DNA of 64,000 bases from a bacterium (GTDB taxonomy: Bacteria; UBP6; UBA1177), in contig JAFYIZ010000047.1 in assembly GCA_017538365.1 (NCBI GenBank), forward strand, positions 78,800 through 142,799, read 5' to 3'. Positions within the stretch are counted from its first letter, which is position 1, and every line of letters starts with the position of its first letter. Below, in pieces: positions 49,667-58,084 of the stretch. The notes beneath the pieces are model-generated. The model was given only the letters and a program-made list of their open reading frames with translations. It was not told the DNA's origin and did no database searches. A program made the translations under genes and the position numbers.

Positions 49667-50554
49667 ATGCTTAGAATTGAAAAAGTTGCTGGAAAAGATG
49701 TTTTGATGGAATCGGAAATTCCTTTTTTGAAGCTTTTCAAAAAGGGTAAAGTCCGCGAAGTTTACGAACTCGGCGAATATCTTCTGATAGTTGCGACCGA
49801 CAGAATCAGCGCATTCGACGTTGTTATGAAGACAGGCGTTCCGTCGAAGGGAATCTACCTCACGCAGCAGTCTGCATTCTGGTTCAAGTTCATAAAAGAG
49901 CACGGTTTCAGCACTCACTTTGTAAGCGACGATGTTGAAGAAATCGCAAAAATCACAGGCGAAAAACGTCTGCTTGATCTGCCGTGGCTCAAGGGGAGAG
50001 TAATGCTCGGAAAACGCGCTGAAGTCCTTCCGGTTGAGGCAGTATGCCGCTTCAGAATTTTCGGTTCCGCCGTTTCAGCACTCAAAAACAACACATGGAT
50101 CTGGGACAAGATCGAAGCCGACGACTTTTCGGAAGGCTCGCTCATCAAAAACGGACCGATCTTTACTCCGACCGAAAAATCTGAGACTGACGACAAAATT
50201 ACTTTCGACCAGATGGTAACTCTCATCGGATCGAAGGAAACAGCCCGTCTGGTAAAGGATACCACGATCAGACTTTTCAAGCTCTGCCGAGACTATGCGC
50301 TTAAAAATTTCGGTTTCGAGATCGCAGACGGAAAAGTCGAATACGGCTTTATCGACGGTGTTCTTTCGCTTGTAGACGAGACTTTCACAAGCGACAGCGC
50401 ACGTTTCATCCCCGATAAATCAAAAGAAGTTTTCAGAAAATGGCTCACCGACCACAACTTGAGAAAGGTTGCAGCAGTCCTTCCGGACGAAGTCGCAATG
50501 ATGGTTTCTGATCTCTACAGAAGCCAGTGCCAAGACATGAAGATCAAATTGTAA
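49667..50554 (+). CDS. purC: Phosphoribosylaminoimidazole-succinocarboxamide (SAICAR) synthase
   Basis: 'GKVREVYELGEYLLIVATDRISAFDVVM' and the PurC family body. Confidence 0.85.
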   Translation: MLRIEKVAGKDVLMESEIPFLKLFKKGKVREVYELGEYLLIVATDRISAFDVVMKTGVPSKGIYLTQQSAFWFKFIKEHGFSTHFVSDDVEEIAKITGEKRLLDLPWLKGRVMLGKRAEVLPVEAVCRFRIFGSAVSALKNNTWIWDKIEADDFSEGSLIKNGPIFTPTEKSETDDKITFDQMVTLIGSKETARLVKDTTIRLFKLCRDYALKNFGFEIADGKVEYGFIDGVLSLVDETFTSDSARFIPDKSKEVFRKWLTDHNLRKVAAVLPDEVAMMVSDLYRSQCQDMKIKL

Positions 50555-50568
50555 ACCTCACCCTTGAT

Positions 50569-50603
50569 CCCTCTCCAGCGTGGAGAGGGAAATCCTGTTT
50601 TTC
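50569..50603 (+). terminator. Rho-independent terminator after purC
   Basis: Perfect 9-bp stem CCCTCTCCA/TGGAGAGGG with a GCG loop, followed by aaatcctgTTTTT. Confidence 0.45.
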
Positions 50604-50616
50604 TGCGCCGCATACC

Positions 50617-50673
50617 CTAAGGACTTTAAGGACCTTAAGGACTCTAAGGACCTTAAGGACTCTAAGGACCTTA
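50617..50673. repeat. 9-bp minisatellite (TAAGGACYY x ~6) enclosed by an 8-bp inverted repeat (TGCGCCGC at 50604-50611 and GCGGCGCA at 50677-50684)
   Basis: ctaaggact-ttaaggacc-ttaaggact-ctaaggacc-ttaaggact-ctaaggacc-tta. It sits in the intergenic space between convergent purC and the ankyrin-protein gene. Confidence 0.85.
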
Positions 50674-50743
50674 GTGGCGGCGCATAAGGAATTCAAAAAA
50701 TTCAGAATTGATTTTCAGATTTTTGATTGGATTTTTTCAGTGA

Positions 50744-51631
50744 TTATTCAGCGGGTTTTTCTTCTGCGGGAGCAGCTTCTTCTTTTGGAGCTTCTTTGAC
50801 TTCTTCAGCAGGAGCGGCTTCTTCAGCCTTAGCTTCTTCCGCCGGTTTTGCTTCAGCTTCAGCAGCTTCTTCTGCTTTGGGTTCTTCTTTTACTTCTTCA
50901 GCGGGAGTTTCTTCAACTTTCGGCTGAGCCGGAGCTTTGAGAGCGTTGAGAACTGCTTCATAGTGCTCTTTTCTGTCAGAGAACTGGGGCATGTACTCGT
51001 TAGCCAGGTCTTCTGCACCTTTGCCGTCTTCGTTTTTGAGGGTTCTGTCTGCGCCTGCATTGATGAGGATTTCAACGACTTTGTCGTTTCCTCTCTGAGC
51101 GGCGATCATAAGAGCAGACTGTTTTTTGTTGTCGAGAGCGTTGACATCGCTGCCTGCTTTTACGAGTTCTTCAACGACTGTCGGCATGCCTGTCCATGAA
51201 GCCCAGAGAAGAGCAGTCCAGTTGTCTTCGTCAACAGCTTTGACATCCGCACCGCTTGAAAGGAGAAGTTTGGTCATTTCAAGTCTCTTTTCTTCAAGGC
51301 TTGGATTTTCAACTTCTGTACCGTCATCTTTTTTGGATTTCGATTTCTTCGTGATGAGTTCTCTGTCACCGTAGTTGAGGTAAGCGACCCACATAAGCGG
51401 AGTTCTTTTCTGTTCGTCCTGCTGGTTGACGGTTTTCGCGTCCTTGCCGATAATTTCCTTCATTTTGTCGATGTTGTCCTGAATTATCGGGGAAACGAGC
51501 GGGTTTTCTTCAGGGGCAGGGAAAAGTTTTTTGAAAGTGTAATCAATGATAAAAGCGAAAACACAACTAATAAGAATCAGAATAAGACCGTCTTTGAGTA
51601 TTGCTTTGTAGTTTACATTTTTCTTAGCCAT
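50744..51631 (-). CDS. Membrane-anchored ankyrin-repeat protein with a C-terminal (P/A)AEE(A/V)K low-complexity tail
   Basis: N-terminal TM (ILILISCVFAFII) and three or more ankyrin repeats (TPLMWVAYLN..., TALLWASWTG...VVEELVKAGSDVNALD, SALMIAAQRGNDKVVEILINAGADRT). It lies 10 nt downstream of the MFS gene. Confidence 0.55.
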   Translation of the reverse strand: MAKKNVNYKAILKDGLILILISCVFAFIIDYTFKKLFPAPEENPLVSPIIQDNIDKMKEIIGKDAKTVNQQDEQKRTPLMWVAYLNYGDRELITKKSKSKKDDGTEVENPSLEEKRLEMTKLLLSSGADVKAVDEDNWTALLWASWTGMPTVVEELVKAGSDVNALDNKKQSALMIAAQRGNDKVVEILINAGADRTLKNEDGKGAEDLANEYMPQFSDRKEHYEAVLNALKAPAQPKVEETPAEEVKEEPKAEEAAEAEAKPAEEAKAEEAAPAEEVKEAPKEEAAPAEEKPAE

Positions 51632-51641
51632 GATTACCTCC

Positions 51642-53024
51642 TTATGCCTCTGCCTTTGCTTCTTCAGCAGGCTTTTGTTCTTCAGCGTTGTCCTGAGTGA
51701 GCGTTCTCTTGAGTGCGATTACTGCGATCGGGCTGATGATAGCGAGAGCGAAGTAGATCATCCACATAAATTCAGGGCTTTCGAGGTATTCGATGTTTCC
51801 TGTTTCAATCTTAGCCTTAACGCCGTCGTAGCAGAGACTTGCGATAAGAAGTCCCGAAACGAAGCCGTTGATAGGCCTTGCGATGAACATCGGAAGAGCA
51901 GAAAGACCCATGTAGGAAGCAACTTTATCCTTCGGAGCGACAGATGCGACGTATTCAGTGAATCTCGGCGAGAAAATGAGTTCGCCAAATGCAAAAACGA
52001 GGATCTGTGCAATGATTACGAATCTGTAAGCCTGGTCAAGGTTGTTGATTCCGGGGATCGCAAGGAACCATTCTCCCGGGAAAGCCAGGAAAAGGAGCGA
52101 AAGAGCCGAAAGCGTCATACCTACGACCAGAAGTTTTACGATGTTGAATTTTCCGATGAAGTTCATCGTAAGTGCAAGACCGACCGTGATGATGAGTGGA
52201 TTAATAGAGTTTACAGCACCGAGCTGGAAGTCAGCAAACATCGTTCTAAGGTAATACTTCGGCATGACCATCGTCTGGTGTGTGAAAACGAGTCTGACAC
52301 CGAGAGTGAGGCAGAGGAAGAGAACGAGTTTCTGAAAAGCTTTTTCTTTCCAGACTTCAGCAAAGATCTTGAGCGGAGTTTTGACTTCGCCGTTACCATC
52401 GTCTTCATCCTTTTCTTCCATGTTGTCCTCATTGATAATGAATGCACAGAGGAAGCAGATCGCACTCATTACGAAACCGAACGTAAAAATCGCAAGGTTG
52501 CCTTTAACAGGACCGAGCGCATTTCTGAAACCGTCGCAGACCGCAACACCTGCAAGCATTGCGCCGATGTTCATGATGAGGTAGTAAAGGTTGAAGCCCT
52601 TACTGCGGTTGTCCTTGTTGGTGAAATGACGCAGAGCAGTGTTCGTGATAGTTACAAGCATTGCAGTGCCGAAAGCCATGATGAGTAGAAGTCCGAGAAT
52701 TGAGTACTGAAGGGCATCCCCTTCCATAAGACCGGGGAAAACGCCCATTCCGAGACGGCTCAACATGAGCAGGATCGTAGCTAAAAGGAAAGATTTCTTG
52801 TCACCGATAACGTCACAGATAGATCCGATAGTAAACATGAAAGCGGTGATGAACAGGAAAAAATATCCCATCCATCGACCTGCATCACGGTCGCTGAAAC
52901 CTACGTTGTCGGTGAGGAACATCGAAAGAACAAGAATTACCGAGAAATACGAAAGACCGTCAAAGAACTGGATGGCGTTTACCAACCAGAACTCTTTGTT
53001 GAAACCACCTAAAGTTTTTGCCAT
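51642..53024 (-). CDS. MFS transporter
   Basis: 12-TM layout. AGGAGG RBS before the start. Confidence 0.65.
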   Translation of the reverse strand: MAKTLGGFNKEFWLVNAIQFFDGLSYFSVILVLSMFLTDNVGFSDRDAGRWMGYFFLFITAFMFTIGSICDVIGDKKSFLLATILLMLSRLGMGVFPGLMEGDALQYSILGLLLIMAFGTAMLVTITNTALRHFTNKDNRSKGFNLYYLIMNIGAMLAGVAVCDGFRNALGPVKGNLAIFTFGFVMSAICFLCAFIINEDNMEEKDEDDGNGEVKTPLKIFAEVWKEKAFQKLVLFLCLTLGVRLVFTHQTMVMPKYYLRTMFADFQLGAVNSINPLIITVGLALTMNFIGKFNIVKLLVVGMTLSALSLLFLAFPGEWFLAIPGINNLDQAYRFVIIAQILVFAFGELIFSPRFTEYVASVAPKDKVASYMGLSALPMFIARPINGFVSGLLIASLCYDGVKAKIETGNIEYLESPEFMWMIYFALAIISPIAVIALKRTLTQDNAEEQKPAEEAKAEA

Positions 53025-53139
53025 AAAACACCTCCTAAAAAAAACAGCGCAGTTTCCACAAAAACGGTGATTAAGTCAAAAAAAATGTTTGGACCAAACC
53101 TAATATAAGAATTTTTTATGAAATTTTAGGCGGTTTTAT

Positions 53140-54543
53140 TTAGAATTCCGCGTTTTTCGGAGTTCTGGGGAAGGGGATAACGTCACGGATATTCTGCATT
53201 CCGGTGATGTACATTATCATGCGCTCAAAGCCGAGACCGTAGCCTGCATGCGGGTTCGAGCCGAATCTGCGGAGATCGAGGTACCACCAGTAATCCTCTT
53301 TTTTGAGGCCAAGCTCCTCGATTCTTGCAAGAAGTCTGTCGTAGCGCTCTTCTCTCTGGCTTCCGCCGATGATCTCGCCGACGCCGGGAACGAGAAGGTC
53401 CATCGCCGCGACTGTCTTGTTGTCCTCGTTCATCCTCATGTAGAAAGCCTTGATCTCTTTCGGATAGTCGATGACGAAAACCGGTTTTTTGATGAGTTCT
53501 TCAGTCAGATATCTTTCGTGTTCGGTCTGAAGGTCGCAGCCCCAGTCGACAGGATATTCGAACTGTTTGCCAGACTTTTTGAGAAGTTCGATCGCTTCGG
53601 TGTATGTAATCTTGCCGAAATCGGAATCTTTAATGAAATTCAGCCTTTCGAGCAAAGTCTTGTCAACGAAACTGTTGAAGAATTCCATCTCTTCCGGAGC
53701 TTTTTCAAGGACGAAGTTGATGATGTATTTGACCATGTCTTCAGCAAGTTTCATGTCGTCATGCAGGTCTGCGAAAGCGATCTCGGGCTCAATCATCCAG
53801 AATTCGCTTGCATGGCGCTGCGTGTATGAGTTCTCGGCTCTGAAAGTGGGGCCGAAAGTATAGACGTTTCTGAATGCCGCGCAGTAGTTTTCAACTGCAA
53901 GCTGGCCTGAAACGGTGAGGTTCGTCGCCTTTCCGAAGAAGTCTTCGCCGTAGTTTATGCTGCCGTCATCTTTCTTCGGCAGGTTGTTGAGGTCAAGCGT
54001 CGTGACCTGGAACATTTCGCCGGCACCTTCGCAGTCGCTTCCCGTGATTATCGGGGTGTGGACGTAGACGAAGCCTCTTTCCTGGAAGAACGAGTGGATC
54101 GCGAAAGCGACAAGACTGCGGATTCTGAAAACTGCGTTGTAGATGTTCGCTCTCGGTCTGAGATGTGCGATAGTCCTCATATATTCAAGGGTGTGTCTCT
54201 TTTTCTGAAGCGGAAAATCCTCGTCGCTCGTGCCGACGACTTCAACTTTTTCGGCTTTGATCTCGAAAGGCTGCTTGTCGCCTGCGCTCTCAACTACTTT
54301 TCCGAAGACCTTTACCGCGCTTCCTGTTCCCAACTTCGTGATTTCTTTGTAGTTTTCAAGTTCAGCCTCAAAAACTATCTGAATATTTTTGAAAAACGAG
54401 CCGTCGTTGAGTTCGATGAATCCGAAAGCGTTGCTTGCGCGGATCGTTCTGACCCAGCCTGAAACCTCGACAACTTTGCCCATGAATTTTTCAGTTTCTC
54501 TGAAAATTGACTTTACAAGAACCTTTTCCATGTTTTTCTCCAT
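53140..54543 (-). CDS. asnS: Asparagine--tRNA ligase
   Basis: OB-fold N-terminus plus class-II motifs, '[21 protein letters not shown]', 467 aa. Confidence 0.85.
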   Translation of the reverse strand: MEKNMEKVLVKSIFRETEKFMGKVVEVSGWVRTIRASNAFGFIELNDGSFFKNIQIVFEAELENYKEITKLGTGSAVKVFGKVVESAGDKQPFEIKAEKVEVVGTSDEDFPLQKKRHTLEYMRTIAHLRPRANIYNAVFRIRSLVAFAIHSFFQERGFVYVHTPIITGSDCEGAGEMFQVTTLDLNNLPKKDDGSINYGEDFFGKATNLTVSGQLAVENYCAAFRNVYTFGPTFRAENSYTQRHASEFWMIEPEIAFADLHDDMKLAEDMVKYIINFVLEKAPEEMEFFNSFVDKTLLERLNFIKDSDFGKITYTEAIELLKKSGKQFEYPVDWGCDLQTEHERYLTEELIKKPVFVIDYPKEIKAFYMRMNEDNKTVAAMDLLVPGVGEIIGGSQREERYDRLLARIEELGLKKEDYWWYLDLRRFGSNPHAGYGLGFERMIMYITGMQNIRDVIPFPRTPKNAEF

Positions 54544-54614
54544 AAAAAACCTTCAAAACGGGCGGTAATATAATCTCAAAACCGCGATTTTCAAGTAAAT
54601 TGCATTTTGAAATA

Positions 54615-55694
54615 TTATTGAGGACAGTCCAGATCAATCCTGTTGAGACAGCTCCATTTAGAGCCGTATTCTTCGTCTTCAACGCACAGACACCAGTCAA
54701 TTTCAGTGATTCCGTCTGAACAGAGCCACTTCATTATGTCGCCTGTTTCTTTTTCCCAGCAACCGTAACAAGTCACATCATCTTCAACCCATTCACCGTC
54801 TGAACAGGATGCAGCCCTGCATTCACTGGAAATCTTGTCGCCTTCGTTGTATTTTCTGCCTGAGCTGTCTTCGCACCCGTGCTGTAATCCGTCTATTTCA
54901 ACTACACCGTCGACTAAGATTTGAAACTGAACGGTTATTAAAGAATCAGCAGTTTTGAATGCGGCGGTATTTTCACCGGTGTCTATAGAAAAAGAAAGCC
55001 CTTTTTCCGCATTGTAAGAATAGATTTCAGCATAGTCGAGATCTGAAACAGAAGAGGAAATGTATCCTTCATACGGGTGAAAAGATACGGTTTTAAAAAT
55101 TTCGTTGTCAGTCGGGAAATAAAAATCCGGGCACTCTGCATAACAGTCGACATCGCCGTAAACATAATAAATATCGCAGCCTGAAATCTGGGAAAGAGTT
55201 ATCGAATCAGGGATGAAATCCGGACACGGAACCGATTCATTTTTTTCTTTACACTTTTTTTTGAAAACTATTGTTGTTTCCTGCAGTTTTGGCAGAAGTT
55301 CTTCCGGATTGAAATAGCAGTAGCTGTTAGAAAATCCTGATTCTCTGACGCAGTCATCAAAAACCGAGCTTTCATCCCTCGTGAATGAAGTTGAGCCGTA
55401 AGATTTTTTACCATTGCATGAGCCGCCGCCGGATGGAGGTTCTTCAGGATCATCGTCTGGTTTTATGTTGCCGGAATTGTCATCGTCATTTGTCGTATCG
55501 GGATTGTCGGGAGTTGTGTCGCCGTCGGAGATTTCAACAGTGTCAATGTCTGAATCGTTTGTTCCTTCAAAATCGTTTGTTTCTTCAGAATTTTGATTCT
55601 CATTTTGTTTTTCGTTCTTTGAATCGCCGCACGCAATCAGAAACGACATTAAAATCATGCCGATAAAAAGGAGCTTTTTCATTTTTGCCTCCAA
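54615..55694 (-). CDS. Secreted acidic Cys-rich lipoprotein (hypothetical)
   Basis: Lipobox FLIACGDS, Asp/Asn/Thr-rich linker and 20 or more Cys in the body. The leader 'CCTCCAATA' before the ATG is shared with the 25554-31082 paralogs. Confidence 0.4.
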   Translation of the reverse strand: MEAKMKKLLFIGMILMSFLIACGDSKNEKQNENQNSEETNDFEGTNDSDIDTVEISDGDTTPDNPDTTNDDDNSGNIKPDDDPEEPPSGGGSCNGKKSYGSTSFTRDESSVFDDCVRESGFSNSYCYFNPEELLPKLQETTIVFKKKCKEKNESVPCPDFIPDSITLSQISGCDIYYVYGDVDCYAECPDFYFPTDNEIFKTVSFHPYEGYISSSVSDLDYAEIYSYNAEKGLSFSIDTGENTAAFKTADSLITVQFQILVDGVVEIDGLQHGCEDSSGRKYNEGDKISSECRAASCSDGEWVEDDVTCYGCWEKETGDIMKWLCSDGITEIDWCLCVEDEEYGSKWSCLNRIDLDCPQ

Positions 55695-55698
55695 TATG

Positions 55699-57147
55699 TC
55701 ACGCTTTATAGATTTTCTCGTATTCCTTCGCCGAATTTTTCCAGCTGAAATCGCATTTCATCGCCGCTTTGCGCATAGCTGTGAAGTGTTTAGGGCGGTC
55801 GAAATAGGTGCTGACTGCCCAGCCGACGGTGTCGAAGATGGCGTCAGGGGAGAGGTAGTCGAATTTGAATCCCGTTCCGCTGCCGGTCGATTCGTCATAC
55901 TGCGTTATCGTGTCAGCAAGTCCGCCGGTGTTGCGGACGATGGGAAGGGTGCCGTATTTGAGAGAATAGATCTGGTTGAGCCCGCACGGCTCGTAGCGCG
56001 AAGGCATTATGAAAAAGTCGCTTCCCGCTTCGACAAGGTGCGACATTTCATCGCTGTAGCCTGTGAAACAGCCGACTTTCCCAGCTCTTTCGGCTGAAAG
56101 CCATCTGAAAAAGTTTTCGAGATCACTCTCTCCCGAGCCCATTACTGCAAACTGGACGAGCATAGAATCTACGATCCGCCCGACTGTTTTAGCGAGGACA
56201 TCAAGCCCTTTCTGATGGGCAAAACGGCTGACTACGCCGATGACCGGAATATTTTCATCTTCAAAAAGTCCGAAACGCTGCTGCAGAGCCTTTTTGCATG
56301 CATCTTTTCCCTTGAAACTGCGCGCCGAATAGTTTTCGGGGATGGTTTTGTCGGTTTTCGGATCCCAGACGGAATAATCGACGCCGTTGAGAATGCCGAT
56401 GTAGCGTTCTCCTTTTTCTCTGAGGTAGGGGGCAAGGCCGTAGCTCTGCGATCCGTCGAGAGTTTCGGCTGCGTATTTCGGACTTACAGTCGTCACATAA
56501 TCGGCGAAATGGATGCCTCCCTTGAGAAAGTTGACTCTGCCGTAGTCTTCAAAAACGCCGCTGTTGAAATATTTCCAGTCGAAACCGCAGTAGTCAAGGC
56601 AGTCTGCGCTGTAGATACCCTGATAGCCGATGTTATGGATGGTAAGAACTGCTTTCGCCTTGTTGATACCGCTATCCTGCCAGTCCCAGGTCTTCATGTA
56701 GGCGCAAACAGCGGCAGTCTGCCAGTCGTGGACGTGTATCACATCAGGCCTGAAATCTGTGTCGCGCAGAAGCTGGAGAGCAGCGCGGCTGAAAAAGGCG
56801 AAACGGTAGGGGTTATCCTGAAAATCGTTGTTGAAACTATCGCAGTAAAGCCCTTCGCGCAGAAAGTATTTGTTCGATTCGATGAAAAAAACTTCGACAT
56901 TTTTGCCTAAGGAACCTTTTTTGACTGAGCACCACTCTTCGATGCCGCAACCCATGTGGACGCACATTTCTTCAAAAAACGTAGTGATCTCAAAGTTTTT
57001 TGAACTGACTTCCTGATAGAATGGCAGGATCACGACGACTTTGTGGCCGAGGTTTGCAAGTGCCTGTGAGAGCGAGCCGACGACATCTGCAAGACCGCCC
57101 GTTTTTACGAAAGGATAACATTCTGAAGCGACAAACGCGATTTTCAT
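55699..57147 (-). CDS. glgA: Glycogen synthase
   Basis: 'MKIAFVASECYPFVKTGGLADVVGSL' and the GT5 family body. Confidence 0.85.
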   Translation of the reverse strand: MKIAFVASECYPFVKTGGLADVVGSLSQALANLGHKVVVILPFYQEVSSKNFEITTFFEEMCVHMGCGIEEWCSVKKGSLGKNVEVFFIESNKYFLREGLYCDSFNNDFQDNPYRFAFFSRAALQLLRDTDFRPDVIHVHDWQTAAVCAYMKTWDWQDSGINKAKAVLTIHNIGYQGIYSADCLDYCGFDWKYFNSGVFEDYGRVNFLKGGIHFADYVTTVSPKYAAETLDGSQSYGLAPYLREKGERYIGILNGVDYSVWDPKTDKTIPENYSARSFKGKDACKKALQQRFGLFEDENIPVIGVVSRFAHQKGLDVLAKTVGRIVDSMLVQFAVMGSGESDLENFFRWLSAERAGKVGCFTGYSDEMSHLVEAGSDFFIMPSRYEPCGLNQIYSLKYGTLPIVRNTGGLADTITQYDESTGSGTGFKFDYLSPDAIFDTVGWAVSTYFDRPKHFTAMRKAAMKCDFSWKNSAKEYEKIYKA

Positions 57148-57268
57148 GAATTTCCCCCTTAAGACGACAATAACGCAAAATTATAGGCGAAATCATAAAA
57201 AAGGCAATACATAAAATTTGCCAAGAGGCGCTTGCCTGCTAAAATAAGCCGTTTTTTGAGAGGATTTC

Positions 57269-58084
57269 ATGCAAACTCCGCTTGTTTCAGTCATAATTCC
57301 GACTTTTAACCGCGCAGAAGTGGTGAGTCGCGCAGTAAATTCGGTATTGAACCAGACTTTCAAGGATTTTGAGTGCATCGTAGTTGATGACGGATCGACT
57401 GACGAAACAGATTCGGTTCTGCTCGGATTTGCAGATAAAATCAAAGTCGTAAAAACTGAAAACAGAGGTGTGAGTGCAGCCAGAAATTCAGGCGCAAAGC
57501 TTGCAGCAGGGAAGTATATCGCCTTTTTGGATAGCGATGACGAGTGGAAACCCCAGAAACTGCAAAAACAGTTCGATTTCATGCAGAAAAGCGGTCTTCG
57601 CATCTCGCAAACAGACGAAACATGGGTTAGAAACGGAAAATTCGTAAACAAATCAGCTAAATACGTCCGTCCGAGCGGAGACATTTTCTACAACTGCCTT
57701 GAAGTGTGCGCCGTCACGCCGAGCAGCGTGATGATGGAAAGGGAACTTTTTTTCGAGTACGGCGGCTTTGACGAGACAATTCCAGTATGCGAAGACTATG
57801 ACCTCTGGCTCAGAATGTCTCTCAAAGAAAAATTCGGTCTTATTGACGAATCTCTGATAATAAAATACGGCGGGAATGCTGACCAGCTTTCAAATTCGGC
57901 CTGTCTCGATAAATACAGAATCATAAGTCTTTTCAATATGTTGCATAGTGATGCCGTGTTGAGCGGAGAGCAGAAAAAAGCTCTAGAAGAAGTTCTTGCA
58001 AAAAAAGTGAAAATCTATTCATCAGGTGCTGAAAAACGAGGAAAATTAGAGGAAGCTCAGTGGGCGGAAGGGCTTTTGAATTAG
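57269..58084 (+). CDS. Family 2 glycosyltransferase
   Basis: 'VSVIIPTFNRAEVVSRAVNSVLNQTF...VVDDGSTDET' and a 'DSDDEW' DxD. Confidence 0.8.
   Translation: MQTPLVSVIIPTFNRAEVVSRAVNSVLNQTFKDFECIVVDDGSTDETDSVLLGFADKIKVVKTENRGVSAARNSGAKLAAGKYIAFLDSDDEWKPQKLQKQFDFMQKSGLRISQTDETWVRNGKFVNKSAKYVRPSGDIFYNCLEVCAVTPSSVMMERELFFEYGGFDETIPVCEDYDLWLRMSLKEKFGLIDESLIIKYGGNADQLSNSACLDKYRIISLFNMLHSDAVLSGEQKKALEEVLAKKVKIYSSGAEKRGKLEEAQWAEGLLN

Noticed and set aside
50617-50673. Short tandem array considered as a CRISPR array
   Set aside because: Units are 9 bp and contiguous, with no spacers, and there are no cas genes. It is a minisatellite, not CRISPR.
53076-53100. Hairpin GTTTGG-A-CCAAAC with an adjacent A/T run considered as the asnS terminator
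   Set aside because: The stem is only 6 bp and AT-rich. It is plausible but too weak to call as a feature, and it also lies in the promoter region of the MFS gene.
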